A stretch of DNA of 63,823 nucleotides, the filler included, from Octopus bimaculoides (taxonomy: Eukaryota): NCBI RefSeq assembly GCF_001194135.2. It is 7 parts of 6 records of this genome, joined end to end, with 100 filler letters (N's around TTAATTAATTAA, not from the genome) between each part and the next. Parts side by side here need not be neighbours in the genome. Positions count along the whole stretch, not along the records: positions 1 to 29,508 come from NC_068988.1; 6 more parts are not named here. One strand, written 5' to 3'. The stretch's first letter is position 1; each line of letters opens with the position of its first letter. The notes below the pieces were generated by a model. The model saw nothing but the letters and a program-made list of their open reading frames with translations. It did not search any database and was not told the origin of the DNA. Positions 12,517-25,049 of this stretch are shown one piece after another. A program made the position numbers and the translations under genes.

Positions 12517-13136
12517 ATGATATATATATATATACATATATATACATATATACATACATATATATATATATACACACACACACACATATATATATACACA
12601 TACGTATATACATACATACTTACAGGCATACATACATATATATTGTACTTTTCAATTGTTATATTAATGGTTTTAGACCCTTTTAGCAGTTTTAATGCTA
12701 CACACCCCACTAATATCAGAAATCATTTTAAAAATATTGAACCACGTATGAAAGATTTTAAGAAAGAAAAAAATGTACTTTAATATTTTGCATGATAGAA
12801 AAAAAAAATATTAAGTGCATTTTATCAGGAATGATTTTAAGCTGTGATTGGCTGTGTTGTAAAACATTTATTTCTCCTGATTATTCATAAAAAATAATAG
12901 CAAAATGTTATATTATATTTATTTTGCATACATATATGCATAGGTGTATGTATGTATGTATGTATGTATGTATGTATGTATATATGTATGTATGTATGTA
13001 GCCTATTTTGTTCTATTGAACTAGCCTTAACATGGGAAAGTCCTAACATCTTGATAGGCGTTACTATTTCATTTGTAAGTGTATGTATTATTGCCAAATG
13101 GAAAAAAAAACCCTCTAATAAGCATTTTCATACATG

Positions 13137-13172
<36 letters not shown>

Positions 13173-13548
13173 TATGAAAGAATTCAATACTGGTGTGATT
13201 ATAACTATTATGTTAATTTAGTGACATATAAATATAGATCAAGAAATACACCAATATGGGAATAAAGATATCCCTGGACAAATTAATTTCATCATGTTAA
13301 ATATGGATCATCAGCAAGTAGATTAGAAAGAAAACGTGTAAATTTACAGCTGTTCTTGACTCTGTGTGTGTGCGTGTGTGTGTGTGTATGTATGTATGTA
13401 TGTATGTATATATGTATGTATGTATGTATGCATGCATGTATGTATGTATGTATGCATATGGGAAAGAAGAAAAGAGTAAGGAGAATAATTGAGAGTGAGC
13501 TAGGGTAGTCGGTGTGATAAAGGATTTTTTAAAGAACATATGTCTAGG

Positions 13549-13872
13549 TGCAGGAGTGGCTGTGTGGTAAGTAGCTTGCTTACCAACCACATAAATCTGG
13601 GTTCAGTCCCACTGCGTGGCACCTTGGGCAAGTGTCTTCTACTATAGCCTTGGGCCAACCAAAGCCTTGTGAGTGGATTTGGTAGATGGAAACTGAAAGA
13701 AGCCTGTCGTATATATGTATATATATATATGTATGTGTGTGTATGTTTCTGTGTCCGTGTTTGTCCCCCCAACACCACTTGACAACCGATGCTGGTGTGT
13801 TTACGTCCCCATAAGAGACCGATAGAATAAGTACTAGGCTTACAAAGAATAAGTCTTGGGGTCGATTTGCTC
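13549..13872 (+). mobile_element. SINE family A, low-divergence copy truncated by a gap
   Basis: GCAGGAGTGGCTGTGTGGTAAGTAGCTTGCTTACCAACCAC...GGTTCAGTCCCACTGCGTGGCACCTTGGGCAAGTG; used here as the reference for family A. Confidence 0.9.
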
Positions 13873-15722
13873 NNNNNNNNNNNNNNNNNNNNNNNNNNNN
13901 NNNNNNNNNNNNNNNNNNNNNNNNNNNNNNNNNNNNNNNNNNNNNNNNNNNNNNNNNNNNNNNNNNNNNNNNNNNNNNNNNNNNNNNNNNNNNNNNNNNN
14001 NNNNNNNNNNNNNNNNNNNNNNNNNNNNNNNNNNNNNNNNNNNNNNNNNNNNNNNNNNNNNNNNNNNNNNNNNNNNNNNNNNNNNNNNNNNNNNNNNNNN
14101 NNNNNNNNNNNNNNNNNNNNNNNNNNNNNNNNNNNNNNNNNNNNNNNNNNNNNNNNNNNNNNNNNNNNNNNNNNNNNNNNNNNNNNNNNNNNNNNNNNNN
14201 NNNNNNNNNNNNNNNNNNNNNNNNNNNNNNNNNNNNNNNNNNNNNNNNNNNNNNNNNNNNNNNNNNNNNNNNNNNNNNNNNNNNNNNNNNNNNNNNNNNN
14301 NNNNNNNNNNNNNNNNNNNNNNNNNNNNNNNNNNNNNNNNNNNNNNNNNNNNNNNNNNNNNNNNNNNNNNNNNNNNNNNNNNNNNNNNNNNNNNNNNNNN
14401 NNNNNNNNNNNNNNNNNNNNNNNNNNNNNNNNNNNNNNNNNNNNNNNNNNNNNNNNNNNNNNNNNNNNNNNNNNNNNNNNNNNNNNNNNNNNNNNNNNNN
14501 NNNNNNNNNNNNNNNNNNNNNNNNNNNNNNNNNNNNNNNNNNNNNNNNNNNNNNNNNNNNNNNNNNNNNNNNNNNNNNNNNNNNNNNNNNNNNNNNNNNN
14601 NNNNNNNNNNNNNNNNNNNNNNNNNNNNNNNNNNNNNNNNNNNNNNNNNNNNNNNNNNNNNNNNNNNNNNNNNNNNNNNNNNNNNNNNNNNNNNNNNNNN
14701 NNNNNNNNNNNNNNNNNNNNNNNNNNNNTACTTTATAATATTCCACATCCAATATCTCATAGTCTTGAGTTCAATTCCCATCAGGAATGCTTTTGCGTGT
14801 CATTCTCCTCATAAGAGTTGATAAGAATATAGTCTTGGTAATGTACCAGTGGAAAGTCAATCAAGCATTCCCCCATCCCCTTTCACCTGTTCCTCCCTTT
14901 ACCTGCAACCCCCCCCCCCTATTATCACTGGTTACCTCCTAAAAAAAGTTATAGTGGTGGTGGGTGGGTGGCAGAGGGGATGTGGGTGTGTACACATCTT
15001 AGAAATCAATATTGAGGAAAGATTTGCCAGCAGCTGTGATATGAGGCTGAAATTATTGTTTAGTCAGCAATGGATTGTTCCGGATGATAAAATCAGTGAT
15101 GCCAATAGAGTAAGATGCTTAAATAGAAGTTGTTGCTGGATAATTGAAACAGTGAGAGAGGAGAAAAGAAGAAAAAAAAAAGGAGAGAAGGAGAGCGGGG
15201 GCAGTAAAAAAAATGGGAAAGAAGAAAAGAGTAAGGGGGATAACTGAGTGAGAGTGAGCTAGGGTAGTTGGTGTGACAAAAGATTTTTTTAAAGAAAATA
15301 TATATATAACAAAGGATAAATGGAAAGAAACTATGGGAGAGAGAGAGAGAGAGAGAAAGAGGGGGGGATGGAGGGGGGGAGAGGTAAAAGTGAAAGCGTT
15401 GGAAGAGAAAAAGAAGGGGAGGAAAGTGAGAAATATATATGTAAAGAGAGAGAAAGAGAGAGAGAGAGAGTTTGAGTGGAAAATGAGAATAGAATACAAA
15501 ATAAAACAAAATATATAGAAAAATATAAAATGTAATGTATATGTGTGTGTTTGTGTGTGTGTGTGTGTGTTTGTGCGTGTGTGTTTATGTATATTTCTTA
15601 AGTTATTTTTTTATTTCTTTCTCTTTTTCAATCAAACACTGTCTCGTCCCCCATACAAACACACATGCACATATATATTTGTAGGCATGTATGATTCTGT
15701 GTTTGTATGTGTGTGTGTGTGT

Positions 15723-15773
<51 letters not shown>

Positions 15774-16722
15774 NNNNNNNNNNNNNNNNNNNNNNNNNNN
15801 NNNNNNNNNNNNNNNNNNNNNNNNNNNNNNNNNNNNNNNNNNNNNNNNNNNNNNNNNNNNNNNNNNNNNNNNNNNNNNNNNNNNNNNNNNNNNNNNNNNN
15901 NNNNNNNNNNNNNNNNNNNNNNNNNNNNNNNNNNNNNNNNNNNNNNNNNNNNNNNNNNNNNNNNNNNNNNNNNNNNNNNNNNNNNNNNNNNNNNNNNNNN
16001 NNNNNNNNNNNNNNNNNNNNNNNNNNNNNNNNNNNNNNNNNNNNNNNNNNNNNNNNNNNNNNNNNNNNNNNNNNNNNNNNNNNNNNNNNNNNNNNNNNNN
16101 NNNNNNNNNNNNNNNNNNNNNNNNNNNNNNNNNNNNNNNNNNNNNNNNNNNNNNNNNNNNNNNNNNNNNNNNNNNNNNNNNNNNNNNNNNNNNNNNNNNN
16201 NNNNNNNNNNNNNNNNNNNNNNNNNNNNNNNNNNNNNNNNNNNNNNNNNNNNNNNNNNNNNNNNNNNNNNNNNNNNNNNNNNNNNNNNNNNNNNNNNNNN
16301 NNNNNNNNNNNNNNNNNNNNNNNNNNNNNNNNNNNNNNNNNNNNNNNNNNNNNNNNNNNNNNNNNNNNNNNNNNNNNNNNNNNNNNNNNNNNNNNNNNNN
16401 NNNNNNNNNNNNNNNNNNNNNNNNNNNNNNNNNNNNNNNNNNNNNNNNNNNNNNNNNNNNNNNNNNNNNNNNNNNNNNNNNNNNNNNNNNNNNNNNNNNN
16501 NNNNNNNNNNNNNATATAGAATATGGAATATACAATATATAATATAATATACAATATATAATATAAAATAAAAATGGATGGTACAATGAAATACAGTATT
16601 GAATGTCTTATTGAATATATGGAATATGTCTTATTGAATAGATGAAATATTGAGTGTTCAATATAAAGGATTAAATATATAAAGGCGAATACATATTTTC
16701 TATACCTTGTGGTATTTCATCA

Positions 16723-16893
16723 TGGCCGGCTGAGTGGTTGGCGTTAGGAAGGGCATCCAGCTGTAGAAACTCTGCCAAATTTAGATTGGAGCCTGGTGTT
16801 GCCATCCGGTTTCACCAGTCCTCAGTCAAGTCGTCCAACCCATGCTAGCATGGAAAGCGGACGTTAAACGATGATGATGATGATGGTGATGAT
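16723..16893 (+). mobile_element. RTE-type 3' tail ending in (GAT)n
   Basis: GGCGTTAGGAAGGGCATCCAGCTGTAGAAAC...GTCCAACCCATGCTAGCATGGAAAGCGGACGTTAAACGATGATG. Confidence 0.8.
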
Positions 16894-17006
16894 TTCTATT
16901 TTTCTCTTTAATCCTGTTCTGAATTCTTTTTATCTTGCTTTCAAATTCATGTTCATGAATATTATTTCATCCCATTTTAGGATGGTGTGCGTGCAGTGCT
17001 ACTCAC

Positions 17007-17051
17007 TTTTTTGTTAATAGACCATCTCTGCTCTTCTTCTGGAAGAGCCAT
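17007..17051 (-). CDS. Candidate first coding exon, MALPEEEQRWSINKK (phase 0)
   Basis: aacATGG start context, 15 open codons, consensus donor AAA|GTGAGT at 17006-17001; unique sequence. Confidence 0.4.
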
Positions 17052-17470
17052 GTTGAAAAATATGTAAATGCAAGAAACGTTTTTCAGAAGCATAAATTAA
17101 TGCCTAAAAGGCAGAACTTTTGTCTACATCAACTATTGGGATAGGAACCCTGTTTGGAAAATAATTTGAAAAGGAAAAAAATTTCATCCAGTAAAACTTG
17201 GTAATAATCAAATTTTCTTTGAGTGGTCATAAGTACATACATATATGGCAAACACAACAACAACAGCAGGAGCAACAGATGTTACAACTTTCATCTTACA
17301 GAAGAAGGATTAAGCATATAGAAATGAATATTTACGCATCCTTCAATATAGATCATATCATCTCTGTGGTATGTTTTCCAAGATAATAGACCATACTGTA
17401 CCAGGATGTCCTATACAATCTCCCACAAAAGACACTTGGAAGTATCATGTTGTAGCAAAGCTGCTCTACG

Positions 17471-17686
17471 TACCATATATACTGGTGTATAAGATGCAAT
17501 TTTTTTAATTCTGAAATATAACAAAAAATTGCTTTGCATCTAATGTGACTGTATTATGGATGGGATACCGAGTGTATATGATGAAACATATTCAATTTGT
17601 TTTCCTTTCTTTTCCTTTTTTCCCACAAAAAGAGTAGGGAGTTTGTCTCATGTGAGAGTGGGTCTTATACATCAGAAAATATGGTA
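17471..17686. mobile_element. Tc1/pogo-type MITE
   Basis: TIRs TACCATATATACTGGTGTATAAGATGCA and TGGGTCTTATACATCAGAAAATATGGTA with TA termini. Confidence 0.7.
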
Positions 17687-18311
17687 TGTCTTGCCACACC
17701 ATTTCAACTAAATAGATAAAATGCTTGGTACATGTATGAACCTCAGTCTGCCTTAGAAAATGACTGCGAAAATACTATATAACTTGACCATACAAATAAC
17801 AACTGATAATATAGTACATATAAGTGTAAGATAATTTTTCATGATAAAATGGCAGTAACATAGTTATTGACATAGCAATACCAAATAATTGTGAAGTTGT
17901 ATAGAGTTAAGTGCCTTGACTCTTCTAAATGCAAAGCAGTTTCTATGAATGACAGAAATGAGCCATCAGCCAACAAGGTGCTTGTCCCAAACTCAGCAAT
18001 TGTAACTTAAAAAAAGAAAAATGAAATTTTGTCAACCAAAGGTGAAATAATTTTGTGGTAATTTAGTTCATCGGTTATGGTCTCTTAAACTTTAATGATT
18101 TGATCATCTGTTTCCTCTATACATGTAATATATTTTTCAGAGCAGTCTTTTGTGCCATGAGGAATACCTACATGAAGACTCCATCTTCAAATAGGTGTAT
18201 TTAGAGCAATTCTGCTTCCCTGAAGTTTTTCCTGGTTCATGTTAAACTAAGTAACTGAATACAGTATGGAAAGATAAATCACTCATTAATATTAAAGGTT
18301 TAGGTTGTGGT

Positions 18312-18735
18312 TGAGCTGGCAGAATTGTTAGCACACTAGACAAAATGTTTAGCAGTATTTTAGTGATCTTTACATTCTGAGTTCAAATTCTGCTGAGGTC
18401 AACTTTGCCTTTCATCTTCTTGGGGCTGATAAAATAGGTACCAGTTGAGCATGGGTCAATATAATTGATTTACTCCCTCCCTCAAAATTGTTGGCCTCTT
18501 GCCAAAATTTGAAACCAGTATTAAAGTACTGGTAAACGTGGAAAGCTGGCAGAACCGTTAGCACATTGGGCTAAATGCTTAGCGGTATTTCATCTGCCAT
18601 TACGTTCTGAGTTCAAATTCTGCCGAGGTCAACTTTGCCTTTCATCCTTTCGGGGTCGATAAATTAAGAACCAGTTATGAACTGGGGTCGATGTAATAGA
18701 CTTAATCCCTTTGTCTGTCCTTGTTTGTCCCCTAT
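18312..18735 (+). mobile_element. Two tandem copies of SINE family B
   Basis: GAGCTGGCAGAA...TTCTGAGTTCAAATTC...GCCTTTCATCCTTTCGGGGTCGATAAATTAAG. Confidence 0.85.
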
Positions 18736-18736
18736 T

Positions 18737-20050
18737 GGGCTACAAGTAACCTTAAATACCAAGAACCCTCCTAAGTATCCTAGCTGTCCCTAATAACACT
18801 GTTTTCTGGAGCTGTACTAAACTTGGTTTTATGCCTATATCCTCAATCCAAATGTTCAAATCATTAAGGATATTTCCTAATGCATCTATAACTACTGGGA
18901 TACATTTTACCCACACTTTCTATAATCTCTGTAATTCAATGGCTAAGTCCTGATACTTTGCTATTTTCCTCTATTACTCTCATATCGATTTTTTCATCAT
19001 TTGGGACTGTAAAGTCAATTATCTGGCACTTTCTATTATCTTTGTCTACTACTACTAAATCAGGCTTTCTAGCTTCTATTACACTGTCAGCTTGAATGTT
19101 AACATCTTATATTTCTTACTTTCTAGTACTTTATTAGGTTCATGTTCATACCATTTATCAGCATGGTCAAATCCTAGCTTTCTACATAACTCCCAGTGGA
19201 TTACTCTCCCTAGTCTGTCATGTCTCATCTTGTAGTTTTTCTGTACCAGCATGCTACATTCACTTACTATATGAGTAACACTTTCCTCTTTTGATTTGCA
19301 TAACATACATTGGGAATCTACTTGGTTTTTGTCTATCTTGGATTTTAATTAGTTCTTAGTGCTTGATCTTGTGCAGCTACTAATAATCTTTCTGTCTCCA
19401 TTTTCAGCCTTCCTTTCTGCAACCACAATCATGTCTTACTACTACAATTTTCTGCAACTATCTTTAGGAATCTAAAATGTAAAGTCTTTTCCTACAAGTC
19501 AGATAACTTTTGTTCTTTATTCTGGTTTTTAACTTCATTTGGTCATTTTGGTTTCCCTATATCTTGCTGTGTTTCTAGCAACTCTTAATAATCTGTCTTC
19601 ACTATTACCTACATAGGAGTTTATATCTACTCTAGCTAACTTCATGCAGTCTTCTATTGATATCAACCTTCTTCCACCTTCCTTTCTAGATAAGTATAAT
19701 CTTGCTACCCCTGCCCTTGGGTGGAGTCTTCCATTCATATTGAATTCTTACCCAGTTATTCTGTCTAACTTTGCTAATTCAGTTTTTGTCCAGTCTACAA
19801 GAGCTGCTGAGTATCTAAGTAATAATACTGCCCAAGTATTTACAGCCTTTGATAGATTTGGACCATTTTTGTTACCTTCCTTGCACTTCTGCTGTACTCT
19901 TCAATTTTCATTTTCATTTCTATTGTTAGTACTCTGTCAGATTCTAATACTCCTAGATACTTATAACTCTCTCTCCTTCTTTTAATGATTTTAATGTCTG
20001 GCCATCTGGTAATTGGATACCTTCACTGTTGACTACCTGTCCCCTTAAAA
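18737..20050 (-). mobile_element. RLE-type non-LTR retrotransposon (R4/Dong clade), 5'-truncated and frameshifted
   Basis: RT domain 7 YKYLG; thumb HPRAGVARLYLSRKEGG; CCHC knuckle CMLC-x8-H-x4-C; RHD motif; endonuclease RKPDLVVVDK..IIDFTVP; C-terminus LQKTVLLGTARILRRVLGI* (stop 18752-18754). Confidence 0.92.
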
Positions 20051-20075
20051 AAGTAAATGTAAAGAAATGATGATA

Positions 20076-20165
<90 letters not shown>

Positions 20166-20329
20166 GTGTGAGATTTTCTTTTGATTCACCTAGATGCAAC
20201 AAATATATGAAAGTTATACCAAATCTAGTGCAAAAGTGGGAAAAATTGTCTTTATTAATTAACATAGGTCATCCAAAGTACACATGTTAATGAAAAAATA
20301 CTTTATGTGAATAATACTTTATGCAAAAG

Positions 20330-20890
20330 TACTATTCAGCATAGTCTCCATTGCATGTGATACATCTGCTCTATTGCTGAACCTGACACTCAGAGCATCT
20401 TTGAAAAGATTCAGGTGAGCACTGTTGTACTCACTTTGGCACAGCCACTTTCATCGCATCTATATTATCAAGTCATTGTTCCAAGGGACTGTTCTTCATT
20501 GGACCAAAGAGGTGGAAGTCAGAGGGCCAGATCTGGTCAGTATGGTGGATGGCGATCACTGATCTGCCTAATTTGCTGATTACTTGATATTTTGCTAAAG
20601 ATTTGTGCAGTTGTGCATTGTCATAATAAACTTGAGTTATTTGTAGGATTCTTGTTCAGCCTCTTCCTCTTAATGGCTTCTCTAAGCTTTTTGAGTGTCT
20701 CAATGTACTGTTCTCTGTTCACACTTCAGGCACATTCCAGAAAATCAAGGAGACTAATACCCTTGTCATTCCAGAAAACAGTCACCATGATTTTCTGTGT
20801 TGATAACTAGCCCTTGAACTTCTTAGCTCTTGGAGAAGAAATGCAACATCATTCCAAGGGCTGAGCTTTCTTTTCTGGATCGCAAAGATA
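20330..20890 (-). mobile_element. Decayed mariner (DD34D-like) transposase fragment
   Basis: Minus strand: SSPRAKKFK..KIMVTVFWNDKG..LLDFLE..YIETLKKLREAIKRKR..HPPY*PDLA..FHLFGP, with stops. Confidence 0.8.
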
Positions 20891-21254
20891 CACCTATTGA
20901 ATGCACACAAGATGCCAAGTAATGATTTTAAATCAGGAGACAGATACAATCTATTATGTAAGCAGGCCTTAGCAAGGTTTGATTCCAGAATGCAAAGAAC
21001 CAGAATAAAAGCAGTAAGGCATTTGGTCCAAAATTCTTACTTTTCTCTGAATCCATCACTCAAGCTTGGTATTCAAGCTTGGTGCTTTTCATCAACCTTG
21101 AAAATATGAAAGGCTAAGCTGACTTCAGCAGGATTTGAACACAGAACAGAGAGAGAGACATAGAAGTATTTTGGTTTAGTAGGGTTCATGTTGTTATTGT
21201 TGTTGTTGTTTCACCCAGGTTAGCCATGATTCAACAGCTCTATGATTAGAGGTT

Positions 21255-21480
21255 GGGGAGGTGCATGGCTTAGTGGTTAGGGTGCTGGACTCATGATTGT
21301 TATATTGTGATTTTGAATCCTGGACCGGGTGATGCATTGTGTTCTTGAGCAAAGCACTTCATTTCATGCTGCTCCTGTCCACTCAACTAGTAAAAATGAA
21401 TCATCCTACAATGGACCATCACCCCATTCAGGGTGGAATATATGCCTCAGAGAAACCAGAAAACTGGCCTTATGCTTCTT
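21255..21480 (+). mobile_element. tRNA-derived SINE family C
   Basis: TGGCTTAGTGGTTAGGGTGCTGGACTCATG head; TTGTGTTCTTGAGCAAAGCACTTCATTTCATGCTGCTCCTGTCCACTCAACT core. Confidence 0.75.
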
Positions 21481-22069
21481 ACAGAGTAATGTACGCTAAC
21501 CATAATTAGTAGTAACCCAACTGTAACTGCCCATCTTTATAGAGTTATGTACAAGAGTACATTATCCAGCGTACTCTTTTCTTTTTTCAAAAAGTAGGAT
21601 GTGATTTATGGGAAGTTTTGCTGTTGTTTCAGGCTGATTAAGTGACCACATAGAAGCTTTCTCATTGGCTCAAGTTTCCTCATTGGCGTGTTGATATCAC
21701 TGCGGTTGTTATTTAGCCTAAGATTAACTCTGATCAAACAGACCTCTATGATCATTGCCATTCCAACTATGACATCCTGTGTTTTTTAGTTTCTGGTGCC
21801 ACACTGTCTAACATTTGCCTTTCCCTTTGGAGTGTGATCTGAGGAAGATTTGGTAGCTATTTCTAGCAGGTTGTTTGGGCTATATAAGCAGCTCCTTTAT
21901 TGGCTTGTGTTGCTATTGTTCCTCCTGATGGTTCTTGTTGTTGTTCATGATAATGTTGTGGTTATTGTTGCTGGAAGTGTTGTTGTTGTTCTTGTTAAAG
22001 TTAAAGTTACTGGCTGGTCTCCTTGGACTTTTACTGATTTTCAGAATACTGTCCAGAATCTAGTTTATC

Positions 22070-22271
22070 ACTGTTGCTGCTGCTACTGCTGCTGCTGCTG
22101 CTGCTGTTACTGCTGTTACTGCTGCTGCTGGTGCTGCTGTTATGGCTGCTGTTGCTACTCCTGTTGCTGTTGCCTCTGTTACTGCAATTATTGATGCTAC
22201 TGTTTATGTCTGTGCTTTTACTGCTGCAGTGTTACTATTAGAACTGCTACTAGTGCTGCTGCTGCTGCTAC

Positions 22272-22303
<32 letters not shown>

Positions 22304-22335
22304 ATGATGATATTAGTACTGCTGCTGCTGCCAGT
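22070..22335. repeat. (CTG/GCT)n-rich trinucleotide tract
   Basis: Directly visible; interrupted by GAT and GTT runs. Confidence 0.9.
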
Positions 22336-22644
22336 GCTGTTACTATCTTACCTCATACTGCTCCCATTCATATAAGTCTCTTTCAGTTTTCCTTCTCCTC
22401 CTTTAAACCTTCCTTCTCATTACTTTCTTATCTTCACCTCTCTTTCACTGCACATAAGTAGATCCCAGTCTCTTTCTCTCTTCCCCTATTTATGTTTCCA
22501 TCTTTCTTTTTCTTCCTCTTCGTCTCACAATCTACAGCTCTTCCTTCATCCATCACCCCTTCTCACTCTCCTTTTTTTGTCATTTTCTACTTCCTCTTTG
22601 CCCCTTTCTATCTTTATCTTTCTTCCTACCTATCTATCTATTTT

Positions 22645-22704
<60 letters not shown>

Positions 22705-23099
22705 CCTGTCTGTCTGTCTGTCTGTCTATTTGTCTGACTGTCTCAATCCTTCCCCCACCCCTGTTGCATGTATCACTAAGAGCCATTCTTCTCTTCTTTC
22801 TCTTCATCTATCACTTAATTTCCTTGGCTCATTCACTCATTCTCTTTCCTCCTCCTCCTCCCCCTCTCTCTCTTCCATTACTTACTCATTTCAGAAATGA
22901 CCACAAACACTCCACCCATGTCTGTCATGCTTTCAACATCCCCAAAACCACCACCACCAATACCGCCTACATGACAGCCACCGTGACCACCACTATGAAT
23001 ATAATGGTGATGACCACAACCACCACCATCAACCACCTTCAAGCAATCACCTCTCTGCTCTGCTCACTATACAAATTTATTGGTCTCTGAATCCAATTC

Positions 23100-23250
23100 A
23101 ACACAGATAGTTACTTCGATGCACTGCTGTAAACAGCGGAAGTGAGCTAGAACGTTAAAACTTAGTGCGCCTGCACAGAAGAGTTTAAGGTCAATTGCTT
23201 TTGAGCAGATTCACTCTGCATGCTTCAACTTCGTTACTATGGCAACACTC
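23100..23250. promoter_or_regulatory. Candidate core promoter: ETS site, NRF1-like site, RFX X-box
   Basis: GCGGAAGTG 23136-23144; GTGCGCCTGCAC 23165-23176; GTTACTATGGCAAC 23233-23246; local CpG enrichment in CpG-poor unique DNA. Confidence 0.55.
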
Positions 23251-23276
23251 CGGATACTTATTGATCAGACTTCTAT
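23239..23276 (+). CDS. Candidate first coding exon, MATLRILIDQTS(M) (phase 2)
   Basis: actATGG start context and consensus donor TAT|GTGAGT at 23277-23282. Confidence 0.4.
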
Positions 23277-24228
23277 GTGAGTTCGACGCAAGTTTGTGTA
23301 TGGTAATGCTGTGTGACCTATGACTGTTTTATGTACTATATGCGGATGTTGTGCAGATGTTGTATAAGACTCCAAGCATTTATTTTGTCTTTCATCAGTG
23401 TGTTTGTACTATTTTTGAGAGAAATGATTGATTGTATTTGATGTTCACTTGTGCTGCTGATTGTCTATGCCCATACAAGTGGGATTACTTTCAAATGGCT
23501 TCCAGATTGTGAGAATTTGACAATTTTAGAAGTTGTCGTTGATGTTAATTAATCATACTTGTAATAATTTAAATTCAGTGATTCCTTCAGACCCCGTGGA
23601 TTTCTGTCTACATCTGTGATTTTAATCAGAGCCTGAGATTTTAAAGATATTTAACATTTAATGCGTTTTAAATTAGATCACAATAAAGATATGTATAGAA
23701 CGTACCTATTATCCACTTGCGTGCTTGTCTTCTTTCTGTGATTCCTGGTGATGTCCATTGTTTGTTTTGTTAATTATTTTATATGCTGTAAATAAAAATG
23801 TATATAGTGTAGTTCTATTGTTTATTTTGTTGTTTATGCCGCACGCAGATGTTTGTTACTTTTCGTTCTTTGACAATCTTTGTTCAATCACAACGCGTTA
23901 TTTTGATGTTAAGTTTTAGGTTGTACATATTTTAACCATCCTCGTTAGTTTTATTAAGTGATTATAGGCGCATGCGTGACTTTGTGGTAAAACGTTTGCT
24001 TCCCAGCCACATGTTTCCATGTTTAGTCCTTCTGCATGGCACCTCGGGGAAGTATACTTCAATTATGGCGTTTGGTTGGGTGTTAATATGTTGTCCTTGA
24101 GGTGTGTAATCTCGTCGTTGAATGGATTGTGAGATTTGTGTGGGTATCTGTATATGTGCGTGTGTATAAACACGCACTCATGCAAACACACACACACACA
24201 CACACACACAGACACACACACACACATA

Positions 24229-24430
24229 CAGCGTGTGATGGGTAAATTGTCGCCATTTTATATTCTTAATTTCGCCCATAGGCATTGTTTGATTTTAATT
24301 TTGACAACTACACAGTATAGTAAGGTCAGTTGGGCACCATCTGTGAGGAAAACAGCACCATGACTCAATTCACCCTGCTAGTAATTCGGAAACGACATGT
24401 TGTACTGATTTGCATTCGCGCCGGAAGCTC
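24229..24430 (+). mobile_element. 5' end of a DD37D (maT) element, same family as 33681-34563
   Basis: TA|CAGCGTGTGATGGGTAAATTGTCGCCATTTTATA TIR and start MTQFTLLVIRKRHVVLICIRAGSS. Confidence 0.8.
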
Positions 24431-24497
24431 CAATATGAATAGATAGTGAACACACAGAGCAACCGACGGCTGACCGTCTCCACAANNNNNNNNNNCA

Positions 24498-24539
<42 letters not shown>

Positions 24540-25049
24540 CACACATCAATAAAGAGGCAGTGCCAATGGTCTTCGCCAATGAGATCGATGCCATAAATGT
24601 TCCTCTTGAACCTCTGCAAGTCAACATCTGCAGGAAAGACATGAGCAGAAGGGGAATCCAAGAGGAGGAAGGAATGGGCCATATACTTAGTGTGTTGCCT
24701 GGAGAATTGAATACAACATGAGTGATGAGAGGAGAAGAGGAGAGATGAGTGGCTTTGGAACACCGAAATGGAGGTGGTATGAACCTGACCAGTTTTGAGG
24801 AGCAGAGGCCATTATAGTCACAGTAGAAAAGTTAGAGGATGAAACATGTCTGGATCTGTAGCTGGAGTGTGTTCATAAGTGACATTTTGACTGTCAAACG
24901 AGTAACCCTCTTGTGGAGTTGGTCAAGGATTTGAGAGCAGTGCTACATTATCTATGAATAGAGACCTCCCCCACACACACACACAATCTTCATTACCAAC
25001 ATATCTTTAAATGCTTTATGAACTTCACTGCAGTCAACTTATATGCTTG

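Noticed and set aside
13549-13625. tRNA genes at SINE heads
   Set aside because: A/B-box-like heads continue into SINE bodies and do not close a cloverleaf.
22070-22335. Poly-Gln/Ser/Ala coding tract
   Set aside because: The minus-strand frames examined contain stops, no splice signals bracket it, and plus-strand frames are poly-Cys/Leu/Ala simple repeat.
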